NCBI GenBank assembly: GCA_044440125.1
Contig: JBITAJ010000015.1
Span: forward strand, 256,001 to 320,000
Source of the DNA: Sedimentisphaeraceae bacterium JB056
Lineage (GTDB): Bacteria; Planctomycetota; Phycisphaerae; Sedimentisphaerales; Sedimentisphaeraceae
Length of the DNA: 64,000 nucleotides
Direction: 5' to 3'
Of the stretch, positions 40,396-48,666 are shown in pieces; position 1 is the first letter of the stretch; every line of letters begins with the position of its first letter. The position numbers and the translations under genes are program-made. The notes under the pieces were generated by a model that was not told where the DNA came from, did not search any database, and worked only from the letters and a program-made list of their open reading frames with translations.

Positions 40396-41289
40396 ATGAT
40401 GAGCTCAGATGTTGGTTCTGATGCAAAGATACGCCAAATAACTATTTTTGGAGCTGTTCTTAATTTTCTGCTTTCCGTTGTAAAGGTAATAGCAGGTCTC
40501 TTATTCGGCTCCATGTCAGTTGTCGTTGACGGTTTACACTCGCTAAGCGACCTGGTTACAGATGCCGCTGTACTTATCGGTGTTCAGCTTTCCAGAAGAG
40601 AGCCTGATGAGAAACATCCATACGGCCATGAGTGGTATGAAACATTCACTACAGTAGTGATCTCAATCCTTCTTATCATTACCGGTGTTCTTTCGATATA
40701 TAAATCAGCATCAGGCAGTACTGAAATATGCGGCAGCGGATGTTTTGCAGGGCTTATACTTGCATCGCTTTTATCAATAGTACTCAAGGAATTACTGTAC
40801 CGTAAAACCTGCGTTGTGGCTAAGGTTACAAATTGCAGCAGTCTTTATGCCAATGCCTGGCATCATAGAAGTGATGCCATGAGTTCGTTTGCTGTTCTTG
40901 CAGGGCTCGTGGCGCAAATGCTTGGTTTTGAGTATGGTGATCGCTGTGCGGCTGTTATTGTGGGGGCTCTCATAATCGCGGCGGCAATGAAGCTTCTGGC
41001 CGGTACGATGAGAGATTTTACTAATGCCGCAGTCGATAAAAAGATAATTGATATGGTTGAGGGTATAGTGAAATCCAATCCCGCCATACGTCAGATGCAT
41101 AAGCTGCGATCAAGAAGTGTAGGCAGGGAAATTTTTCTTGATTTTCATATACTTGTTGACAGTAGTCTGAGTGTCGTTGAGGCTCATAAGATAAGCATGG
41201 ATGTAGAACACCAGATCAGTGATACAATGACTATGCCGGTTAATATAATAGTTCATATTGAACCTGATGAACCTTGTTTCTGGAAGTAA
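40396..41289 (+). CDS. Cation diffusion facilitator (FieF-like) transporter
   Basis: DGLHSLSD, PDEKHPYGH, ANAWHHRSDAMSS, HKLRSRSVG, VHIEP. Confidence 0.93.
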   Translation: MMSSDVGSDAKIRQITIFGAVLNFLLSVVKVIAGLLFGSMSVVVDGLHSLSDLVTDAAVLIGVQLSRREPDEKHPYGHEWYETFTTVVISILLIITGVLSIYKSASGSTEICGSGCFAGLILASLLSIVLKELLYRKTCVVAKVTNCSSLYANAWHHRSDAMSSFAVLAGLVAQMLGFEYGDRCAAVIVGALIIAAAMKLLAGTMRDFTNAAVDKKIIDMVEGIVKSNPAIRQMHKLRSRSVGREIFLDFHILVDSSLSVVEAHKISMDVEHQISDTMTMPVNIIVHIEPDEPCFWK

Positions 41290-41307
41290 TTATAGTGAGG
41301 AGGTAAG

Positions 41308-42927
41308 ATGAAAAGACGTATTAATTTAATTTTTTTAAACCTTTTGTTTTTTGGAGTGGTGATGAACTTGACAAAAGAAAAAGTGCAGGCGGTAGACATA
41401 ATACCTCAGCCCAATAATATAGTTGTTGGCAAGGGTGAGTTTGTCTATGATGAAAAAGTGGTGTTATGTTGTGATGATTCAGGGCGGTTTGCAGCTGAAT
41501 ACCTTGCGGGGCTTACCGAATCTGCTTGTGGTTTCAAACCTGAGATTGTTTCTTCATGCCAAAACAAGTGCATAAGTTTTTCAATCAGTGATTCCCTTAC
41601 AGAGCTTGGCACCGATGGCTACAAGCTTGAAGTAACGGAAGAAAAAATAGCGATTTATGCAGCCGGTGATAAGGGACTTTTTTATGGCGTCCAGACTATA
41701 AGGCAGTTATGCGATCCCAAATTCTTCTCGCAAGACAAATCATGTGATAAGAGTTGTACGATTCCATGTATCACTATAATTGATAAGCCGAGATTTGAAT
41801 GGCGAGGGCTTCATCTTGATGTTGCCAGACATTTTATGCCGATTGAGTTTGTTGAAAAATTCATCGATCTTCTGGCAATGCATAAAATGAATGTTTTTCA
41901 TCTTCATCTTACAGAAGATCAGGGTTGGAGAATTGAGATTAAAAAATATCCTAAGCTTACGGAAGTCGGTGCATACCGTGATGGCACGTTGATTGGCCAT
42001 AAGAATGACTTGCCTCATGAATTTGATAATGTTAAGCACGGCGGCTATTATACTCAGCAGCAGCTTAGGGAGCTTGTTAAGTATGCATCCGACAGAGGAG
42101 TTACCATAGTTCCTGAGATTGAGCTTCCCGGCCATGCGATGGCGGCTTTGGCGGCTTATCCGGAGTATTCTTGTACCGGCGGCCCGCACGAAGTGCAAAA
42201 GAGCTGGGGTATCTTTGATGATATATATTGTGCAGGTAATGATGATACATTTACTTTCCTGCAGGATATACTTGATGAGGTGTTGGATATATTCCCTTCG
42301 AAGTATATACACATTGGTGGCGATGAAGCTCCCAAGAAAAGATGGGAAGAATGTCCAAAATGTCAGGCCAGGATGAAAGCCGAAAAGCTTGAAACCGAAG
42401 AAGAGCTTCAAAGCTATTTTATAAAGCGAATCGAGAAGTATCTCAACTCTAAGGGACGCAATATTATCGGCTGGGATGAAATACTCGAAGGCGGGCTTGC
42501 ACCAAATGCGGCCGTAATGTCATGGCGTGGAGAAAAAGGTGGCATAGAGGCTGCTAATCAAGGCCACAAGGTTGTTATGACTCCTACTGATTACTGCTAT
42601 CTCGATTTTTATCAGTCAGAAGACAAGGAGAAAGAGCCTCTTGCGATTGGCGGTTATCTGCCGCTGGAAAAAGCTTATTTATATGAGCCTATCCCTAAAG
42701 CTATTGACGCAAGTAAAAGACATATGATAATGGGAATTCAGGGGAATATCTGGACAGAATATATGCAGACACCTGAGGTTGTTGAATATATGACATTCCC
42801 AAGAGCTTGCGCCCTTGCAGAAGTAGCCTGGACTATGCCCGAGAACAAAGATCAGGAAAATTTTGAAGCAAGACTTAAGGTTCACGAAAAACGCCTTGAT
42901 AAACTTGGTGTTAAATATAGAAAATAA
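41308..42927 (+). CDS. Beta-N-acetylhexosaminidase (GH20)
   Basis: DKPRFEWRGLHLDVARHF, HLHLTEDQGWRIE, PEIELPGH, HIGGDEA, GWDEILEG, IWTEY. Confidence 0.96.
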   Translation: MKRRINLIFLNLLFFGVVMNLTKEKVQAVDIIPQPNNIVVGKGEFVYDEKVVLCCDDSGRFAAEYLAGLTESACGFKPEIVSSCQNKCISFSISDSLTELGTDGYKLEVTEEKIAIYAAGDKGLFYGVQTIRQLCDPKFFSQDKSCDKSCTIPCITIIDKPRFEWRGLHLDVARHFMPIEFVEKFIDLLAMHKMNVFHLHLTEDQGWRIEIKKYPKLTEVGAYRDGTLIGHKNDLPHEFDNVKHGGYYTQQQLRELVKYASDRGVTIVPEIELPGHAMAALAAYPEYSCTGGPHEVQKSWGIFDDIYCAGNDDTFTFLQDILDEVLDIFPSKYIHIGGDEAPKKRWEECPKCQARMKAEKLETEEELQSYFIKRIEKYLNSKGRNIIGWDEILEGGLAPNAAVMSWRGEKGGIEAANQGHKVVMTPTDYCYLDFYQSEDKEKEPLAIGGYLPLEKAYLYEPIPKAIDASKRHMIMGIQGNIWTEYMQTPEVVEYMTFPRACALAEVAWTMPENKDQENFEARLKVHEKRLDKLGVKYRK

Positions 42928-43086
42928 GATACTACGGGCGCTGAATAGTATTATTATCGTCTCTTCCTGAGTGTTTTTTAATACATTTCTTGAAGAGACG
43001 ATTTGCTTCAGTGTGTAAATAAGCATCTGTTTGCCGCAATAAATCTTGTTGACGTTTTGGTGTTAATCCTTAAAATAGCGGCAGAT

Positions 43087-44055
43087 ATGAGTGGCAAAAG
43101 AAAGAAAAAGAGTAAAAAAAATAATCCGGTTTCAGATTATATCACCTATTTAGGTGTGCGTATGATCTGTTCGGTGCTTTTCATGCTTGGAATTGATCGT
43201 TCAATGCGATTGGCATGTGGTCTGGGAAGGCTCATGTGGTATCATTATCATCGCGGTCGCGGCCGAGCTTTAGAGAATCTTAAGAACAGTTTCCCTGACA
43301 AAGACGAACAGTGGATAGAGGAGACTGGCAAAAAGAGCTTTCAGCACCTTGTTATGCTCGTGGTAGATATAATATTTACAACCAGGCTTGTCCGAAAGGA
43401 TAACTGGAAGGAATTTGCATCTTATGTGAACACTGAGAGATGTAAGTGGATGATGGCTGAAGGCAAGGGAATGATACTTCTTACCCCTCATTACGGGAAT
43501 TTTGAGATAATAGGCTATCTTCTGGGGCTCTTTGGCTTTGATATTTACAGTATTGCAAGGCCTATTGACAATCCTTACATAAACAAATGGCTTTATAGTG
43601 TTCGTGAGAAACATGGGCAAAGAATTATCGACAAGAAGGGTGCCAGTGCAGTGATGCCTTCTTTATTGAAGAAGGGCGCAGTGCTCGGTTTTATTGCCGA
43701 TCAGGATGCGGGCAGGAAAGGTGTTTTTGTTGATTTCTTCGGACGTAAGGCTAGTACTTATAAGAGTATAGGACTTCTTGCTATTACTGAGAACCTGCCG
43801 ATTGGTATAGGTGTGTGCCGTCAGGAATACGGCAAGTTTTTCTTTGAGATAGAATGCGGCAAGATAATTACTCCCGATCAGTGGCAAGACAAAGATAACC
43901 CATTAAAATGGGTTACTCAGGAATTTACCTCAGAAATGGAGAGGCTGATACGCAAAGACCCTTCTCAATACTGGTGGCTTCATAGAAGATGGAAGCATCG
44001 GCCTAAAGAAGAGCGTAATAAAGCGAAGAAAATGAATCTTTCTTATGACAAATAA
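43087..44055 (+). CDS. Lipid A biosynthesis (LpxL/HtrB-like) acyltransferase
   Basis: LTPHYGNFE, ARPIDNP, FIADQDAG, VDFFG, PSQYWWLHRRWK. Confidence 0.9.
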   Translation: MSGKRKKKSKKNNPVSDYITYLGVRMICSVLFMLGIDRSMRLACGLGRLMWYHYHRGRGRALENLKNSFPDKDEQWIEETGKKSFQHLVMLVVDIIFTTRLVRKDNWKEFASYVNTERCKWMMAEGKGMILLTPHYGNFEIIGYLLGLFGFDIYSIARPIDNPYINKWLYSVREKHGQRIIDKKGASAVMPSLLKKGAVLGFIADQDAGRKGVFVDFFGRKASTYKSIGLLAITENLPIGIGVCRQEYGKFFFEIECGKIITPDQWQDKDNPLKWVTQEFTSEMERLIRKDPSQYWWLHRRWKHRPKEERNKAKKMNLSYDK

Positions 44056-44078
44056 GATCGGCGAAAGGTTTTGATCTG

Positions 44079-44927
44079 ATGAGCGGTAACCAAGTTGAAA
44101 TACTAAGCTATCAACCGGACCTTCCCGCTTATGGTGTTCTTGTTGAGAGTCACCATCACGGGCCTAATTTTAAGACTGGTATACATAGGCATAGCTATTC
44201 TACCCTGATATATGTTGTCAGCGGCCGGGGGCGTTGTATCACAGAAAAGGGAGATCACTACCTTGAGAGTGACTCGGTTCTTATGCTTGAGCGGAACATG
44301 CCTCATCAGATGATAGATAAACCAAGCGGTGCGATGGTTGTTTTCGTTGTATATTTCTCTGATAGCCTTCCACTTGTTGATGAAAAGATGACACGCAAAT
44401 TGTTCAATGAACCGCTTGTGCAGGTCCCTCGGCACAACAGCCGCCAGCTTAGGCAGATATTACGCCAGATGCTTTATGAACAAAATGCCAAACCGGAATT
44501 TAATGATATTGCTCTTACTCAGTGTTTTTCTTCTATAATGCTTATGCTTTACCGCCTTGCGGCAGCCGGAGTGGAGAATAAATCATCGCAAAAGAGTCAG
44601 GATAGAGTTCTTGATGTCTTGAATTATGTGCACTCACACTATTACGAGACTTTTACCCTTTCGGATATAGCGGCAGATGCGGGGCTTTCCGAGAGGCAGT
44701 TTGCTAATATTTGTCGTCAGTTGAAGGGGCAGAGCTTTGTGCAATACCTTAACTCAATAAGAACGCAGAAGGCAAGTGAGCTTTTGATCGAGACCTCAAT
44801 GTCAATATCAGCTATAGCATTTGAGGTTGGTTTTGAAGAGATATCGACGTTTTATCGCGCCTTTAAGAAGCATCAGGGGCAAAGTCCTATGAGTTTGAGA
44901 AAAGACAATGAAAATGAGGCGAAATGA
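44079..44927 (+). CDS. AraC-family transcriptional regulator (cupin + HTH)
   Basis: HRHSY cupin; FVQYLNSIRTQKASELL, IAFEVGFEEISTFYRAFKKHQGQSP. Confidence 0.93.
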   Translation: MSGNQVEILSYQPDLPAYGVLVESHHHGPNFKTGIHRHSYSTLIYVVSGRGRCITEKGDHYLESDSVLMLERNMPHQMIDKPSGAMVVFVVYFSDSLPLVDEKMTRKLFNEPLVQVPRHNSRQLRQILRQMLYEQNAKPEFNDIALTQCFSSIMLMLYRLAAAGVENKSSQKSQDRVLDVLNYVHSHYYETFTLSDIAADAGLSERQFANICRQLKGQSFVQYLNSIRTQKASELLIETSMSISAIAFEVGFEEISTFYRAFKKHQGQSPMSLRKDNENEAK

Positions 44928-45556
44928 GTAGTCTAAATGGGAAATTTATAGTTCTTGATGGGCCGGATGGCTGCGGAAAAACCACACAGTCAAAACTTTT
45001 GTCACAATGGGTTCAGTCTCAGGGTGTTGATGTTGTGAGTTTTCGTGATCCGGGAACTACGGCTGCAGGTGAAGCAATTCGTGCAATATTGCTTGGCACT
45101 GAATATGGACATATTGATGATGCAGCCGAGGTAATGTTGTATATGGCGGCGAGAATCCAGCTTTGGCATGAGAATATTGCTCCGGCTCTTGAGACCGGGA
45201 AATGTGTAATAATGGATCGTTGGCTATCGAGTACATGTGCATATCAGGGTTACGCAGGCGGCTTTGGGATGGAAAGAGTTGTTGATATAGCGGCATTGAG
45301 CCTTGAAAGGCTCTGGCCTGATATTACTGTTCTGCTTGATATAGATGTTGAACAGAGCAGCGCGAGACTAACAAGGGAGCTTGACCGAATGGAACTGAAG
45401 GGTCAGGATTATCACAGGCTGGTTGAGGCTGGATATAAAGAGCTTGCAACGCGCAGTAATGATAGTGGTTTTGGCTCTTTTGTTGTGGTTAATGCTGTTG
45501 GCGAGATTGAGCAGATTCATAATACGATAATAAATGTCGTAGAAGAGCAATTTTGA
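44924..45556 (+). CDS. tmk: Thymidylate kinase
   Basis: FIVLDGPDGCGKTTQ, RDPG, IMDRWLSSTCAYQG, LDRME. Confidence 0.95.
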   Translation: MSSLNGKFIVLDGPDGCGKTTQSKLLSQWVQSQGVDVVSFRDPGTTAAGEAIRAILLGTEYGHIDDAAEVMLYMAARIQLWHENIAPALETGKCVIMDRWLSSTCAYQGYAGGFGMERVVDIAALSLERLWPDITVLLDIDVEQSSARLTRELDRMELKGQDYHRLVEAGYKELATRSNDSGFGSFVVVNAVGEIEQIHNTIINVVEEQF

Positions 45557-45586
45557 TAATATAGATTAAACAAGGATAGTTATCAT

Positions 45587-45919
45587 ATGGAACAGAGAGC
45601 TAAGAGCTTATTTCACGGCGTAGAAAAATATAACTGTGCGCAGGCGATTGTTGCGGCATTCAAAGAAAAATATAATGTATCTCAGGATGTGATAGACGAG
45701 TTTAAGGCTTTTGGCGGCGGCAGGGCTGAGGAGGGCTTGTGCGGCGCTCTTTATGCAGGTCTTCATCTGGCAGGCGGAGATTTAGTTAAGGATGAGCTTA
45801 GAAATGTCTTCATGGAAAAGGCTGGTTGCCTAACTTGCAAAGGAATAAAGAAAGGTTCTAAAATGCCTTGCAGTGAATGCGTTGGATTGGCTGCTGCGAC
45901 TCTTGAAAAGCATAGCTGA
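45587..45919 (+). CDS. C-GCAxxG-C-C family putative redox protein
   Basis: YNCAQA, FGGG...LCGALYAG, CLTC, C.ECV. Confidence 0.8.
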   Translation: MEQRAKSLFHGVEKYNCAQAIVAAFKEKYNVSQDVIDEFKAFGGGRAEEGLCGALYAGLHLAGGDLVKDELRNVFMEKAGCLTCKGIKKGSKMPCSECVGLAAATLEKHS

Positions 45920-45942
45920 AAAGTATAACCAACGTCCGCTGG

Positions 45943-47547
45943 TTATGATACCGCCGGACGTTTTCTTGGTTTATTATTGATTATGCTGTGCATTTGATTT
46001 GCGTATAGAAGGTAGTGCTCACAGCAAAGGTCTGTAAAAACAGAATTTAGACCCATCATCTTTTTACGTCTGCGCCATTTGTCGGCCTCATATGGGCCTC
46101 GCGGTGTTCTGTATGTGCAATCGGCTGCCTTCTCTTTGAATATAAGACGCATAGAGTGAACATCTACGCCTTTTCGTGTGAATATCACTTCCTGTTCTGT
46201 TATTTTTATGTCATATTTTGCCGCCTGTGAAGCGAAAGGCGTCTGGTCAAAGAGCTTGAAACTGCTTGCAGTGAAGTCATCGCAGTAGTCAAGAACATCA
46301 TCTATCATATCGAACGTCTGTTCAAGGTCTATATCATTACTTGTCGGAAGTCCGTATATCATCATTGGCAGGTTTGATATATTGGCGTTATAAGTGTCTT
46401 CAAGTACTTTCTTTATCGTATCTACTGAGGTGCCTTTGTTGCAGATGTCAATAAGGCGTTGTGAACCGCTCTCAACGCCCCAGCTAATCCATCTGCAGCC
46501 GGCTTGTGACATGGTATCAAGTATCTCAGGCGTATAATCATCTGTAGGGCGGCCCATTATGTGGAAGGCAATATCGAGATTGCGGTTGAGTATTTCCCGG
46601 CTTAGAGCCACCATATCGTCTGCATCTACATATTGGTCTGCAAAATAAAAATGCCTCGCTCCCATAGAATTATCCATATACTCAAGATAATCGACAAACT
46701 TGCTGATTTGGTGCTTTCTGTATCCGCTGTATGAGAAGTTGTGTGCACAGAAACGACATTTTCTCCATTTGCAGCCTCGCGAAAAGATGACGGGTACAAC
46801 AGGCGAGGAGTTGAAGTATAAAGAAGTATCTAAACAGGCAAAAGTTGGCAGGGGAACCTTTGCGAGGCTGATAGTGTCAGGTTTGGTGTTCTTTAAGATA
46901 TTACCATGTGAACGATAACGCAGGCCCGGGATATTGTTGTATGCATATTCTTCACATAACATCCTTAATCCTTCTTCGCCTTCACCCTGCAGTATTGCAT
47001 CAACAAATTCGCAGCAGTGGAGTATTTCGTCTGCATCCATTATTGATGCTGTTGCCCCTCCCAGGATTATGTCTGGTTTTTCTGTTCCTTTTATCTCCCA
47101 TATATGTTTTGCTATTGCCAGTGAAGGGATTATCTGCTCAGGATACATTACGGAAATGCCGATAATCTTCGGTGCTTCAATAAGAATCGAATTGCACTGA
47201 TCATGGAGTATCTCTGCCAACGATTCAGTCATCTGATCTGTTTGCAAATAGTTCTTGCAGGCATCGCTATATTTATCTATCTGTCTGGATATCTCGAACC
47301 AGCTTTCCAGGTGGTAAAGGTATTGGGCTTTATCAAAGAAATTGCCTTCCTTGCCCCTGAAAAAGTCCTTGAATCTTATGAATTCCGGCTTTTGGTCGGA
47401 AAGGTTGTCCCACAATTTAATGTTGAGATCATGAGTCGATAGCTGGCAGCTTGGGCAATATATACCCATATATTCCGCTAATGCGGCTATTCCCAACGGC
47501 ATATATGCCGGACTCGATGCTGGGGCAAAAACAAGCGATGCTTGCAT
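45943..47547 (-). CDS. B12-binding-domain radical SAM protein
   Basis: MPLGIAALA, IGISV, IILGG, GEGE; SRGCKWRKCRFC (CxxxCxxC); AGCRWISWGVESGSQRLI. Confidence 0.88.
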   Translation of the reverse strand: MQASLVFAPASSPAYMPLGIAALAEYMGIYCPSCQLSTHDLNIKLWDNLSDQKPEFIRFKDFFRGKEGNFFDKAQYLYHLESWFEISRQIDKYSDACKNYLQTDQMTESLAEILHDQCNSILIEAPKIIGISVMYPEQIIPSLAIAKHIWEIKGTEKPDIILGGATASIMDADEILHCCEFVDAILQGEGEEGLRMLCEEYAYNNIPGLRYRSHGNILKNTKPDTISLAKVPLPTFACLDTSLYFNSSPVVPVIFSRGCKWRKCRFCAHNFSYSGYRKHQISKFVDYLEYMDNSMGARHFYFADQYVDADDMVALSREILNRNLDIAFHIMGRPTDDYTPEILDTMSQAGCRWISWGVESGSQRLIDICNKGTSVDTIKKVLEDTYNANISNLPMMIYGLPTSNDIDLEQTFDMIDDVLDYCDDFTASSFKLFDQTPFASQAAKYDIKITEQEVIFTRKGVDVHSMRLIFKEKAADCTYRTPRGPYEADKWRRRKKMMGLNSVFTDLCCEHYLLYANQMHSIINNKPRKRPAVS

Positions 47548-47701
47548 CTATTACTCCAAAATATAAAAAGTTCAAAAGAAAATTTATAAGCGGCGTATTA
47601 TAAATTAAAGTGGGATTCCAAGGCAATATTAATTTTACTTCTTTAGATGATTTATTGAAAAATTATTCAGATTTAGGGGCTAATATTGTTTAATAAAGAA
47701 A

Positions 47702-47747
47702 GGCCGGCTTGGAGTCGTTCAGTGCAGTAAAACTTTATCAGCCGGCC
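47702..47747 (-). terminator. GC-rich hairpin followed by T-rich run on minus strand
   Basis: GGCCGGCT...AGCCGGCC (8 bp arms, 30 nt between them); minus strand continues TTTCTTT. Confidence 0.4.
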
Positions 47748-47797
47748 ATTGGGAAACTTTGCATTGTATGCGTATTTGCATATTCTGGAGAAGAAAT

Positions 47798-47823
47798 AAA
47801 AAAACCGGCATGAAAGCCGGTTT
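47798..47823 (-). terminator. Intrinsic terminator of tRNA-Gly
   Basis: AAACCGGC-ATGAAA-GCCGGTTT with an A-run on the low-coordinate side, immediately 3' of the tRNA. Confidence 0.75.
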
Positions 47824-47828
47824 AAAAG

Positions 47829-47900
47829 AGCGGGTGATGAGATTCGAACCCACGACATTCACGTTGGCAACGTGACGCTCTACCGCTGAGCTACACCCGC
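47829..47900 (-). tRNA. tRNA-Gly (anticodon GCC)
   Basis: Minus strand GCGGGTGTAGCTCAGCGGTAGAGCGTCACGTTGCCAACGTGAATGTCGTGGGTTCGAATCTCATCACCCGCT; anticodon arm TCACG-TTGCCAA-CGTGA. Confidence 0.96.
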
Positions 47901-48040
47901 ATAAATTAAGACTTTTTGTCTCAGAGCTTGGGGATTATATGCAATAGACTCGTAGATTCAAGCCTTTTTTGTTGAAAAAGGACTATTTTTTTGAATTCAA
48001 ATTTGCAGTGTTATTTTTTCAGCAGCACTGGGTGCTTATA

Positions 48041-48448
48041 CTAAAAATCAACTTCGATTCGTCCACCTTTGAACTGCATGCTTTCTGCCGTATAATGGTG
48101 TATCTCGATTTTTACGCCGTCGGGGTCCTCTGTCCAAATCTGCCATGTTTTATCGCATCCAAGCTTCTTATCGGTTACTGCAAGGCCTTTAGCTTTCAAA
48201 GTTTCTGCTACGGCATCAATGTCATCTGTCTCAAGGCAAAGATGCTTGATTGAACCTTCTGATGCAGGATCCGTACTTTTGAATATTTCGACAAAAGTGT
48301 TATGTCCGGCTTTTAGGTACAACCCAAATATCTCATCGTTTCTTGTGAATTCGAAACTTTTTTCAAGCCCAAGTATGCCACAGTAGAAATTTTCGCTTGC
48401 AGTTAAATCTTTAGCATGGATGCAGATATGTGCTATTTGTGTAATCAT
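48041..48448 (-). CDS. VOC/glyoxalase family protein
   Basis: IAHICIHAKDLTASENFY..ILGL, HLCLETDDID, EDPDGVKIEI; AAGGAG RBS before ATG 48448. Confidence 0.9.
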   Translation of the reverse strand: MITQIAHICIHAKDLTASENFYCGILGLEKSFEFTRNDEIFGLYLKAGHNTFVEIFKSTDPASEGSIKHLCLETDDIDAVAETLKAKGLAVTDKKLGCDKTWQIWTEDPDGVKIEIHHYTAESMQFKGGRIEVDF

Positions 48449-48582
48449 GTCTCGCTCCTTTAATAAATATAAAACGTTATTTGGATTGATTTTAACATGA
48501 AATTTCAAAAAATCAAATTGTTTATTGCTGTCTGATTGACGCTTTGAGCTTTGAGATGGTGCATCTGTGAATCTTAATTTTC

Positions 48583-48645
48583 TTGACAATACACCTTGTG
48601 AATGATAATATATCAACTGTGTTGAATAAGCAATCAGTTAATTGT
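48583..48645 (+). promoter_or_regulatory. Putative promoter and operator copy of the lyase-like gene
   Basis: TTGACA 48583-48588, 17 nt spacer, TGn-TAATAT 48606-48611; GCAATCA-GT-TAATTGT at 48630-48645. Confidence 0.55.
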
Positions 48646-48666
48646 TTTTAGAAAGTGAGGCTTGTT

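Noticed and set aside
47548..47800. Cobalamin riboswitch upstream of the B12-binding radical SAM gene
   Set aside because: No B12-box or other conserved riboswitch elements were recognisable by eye.
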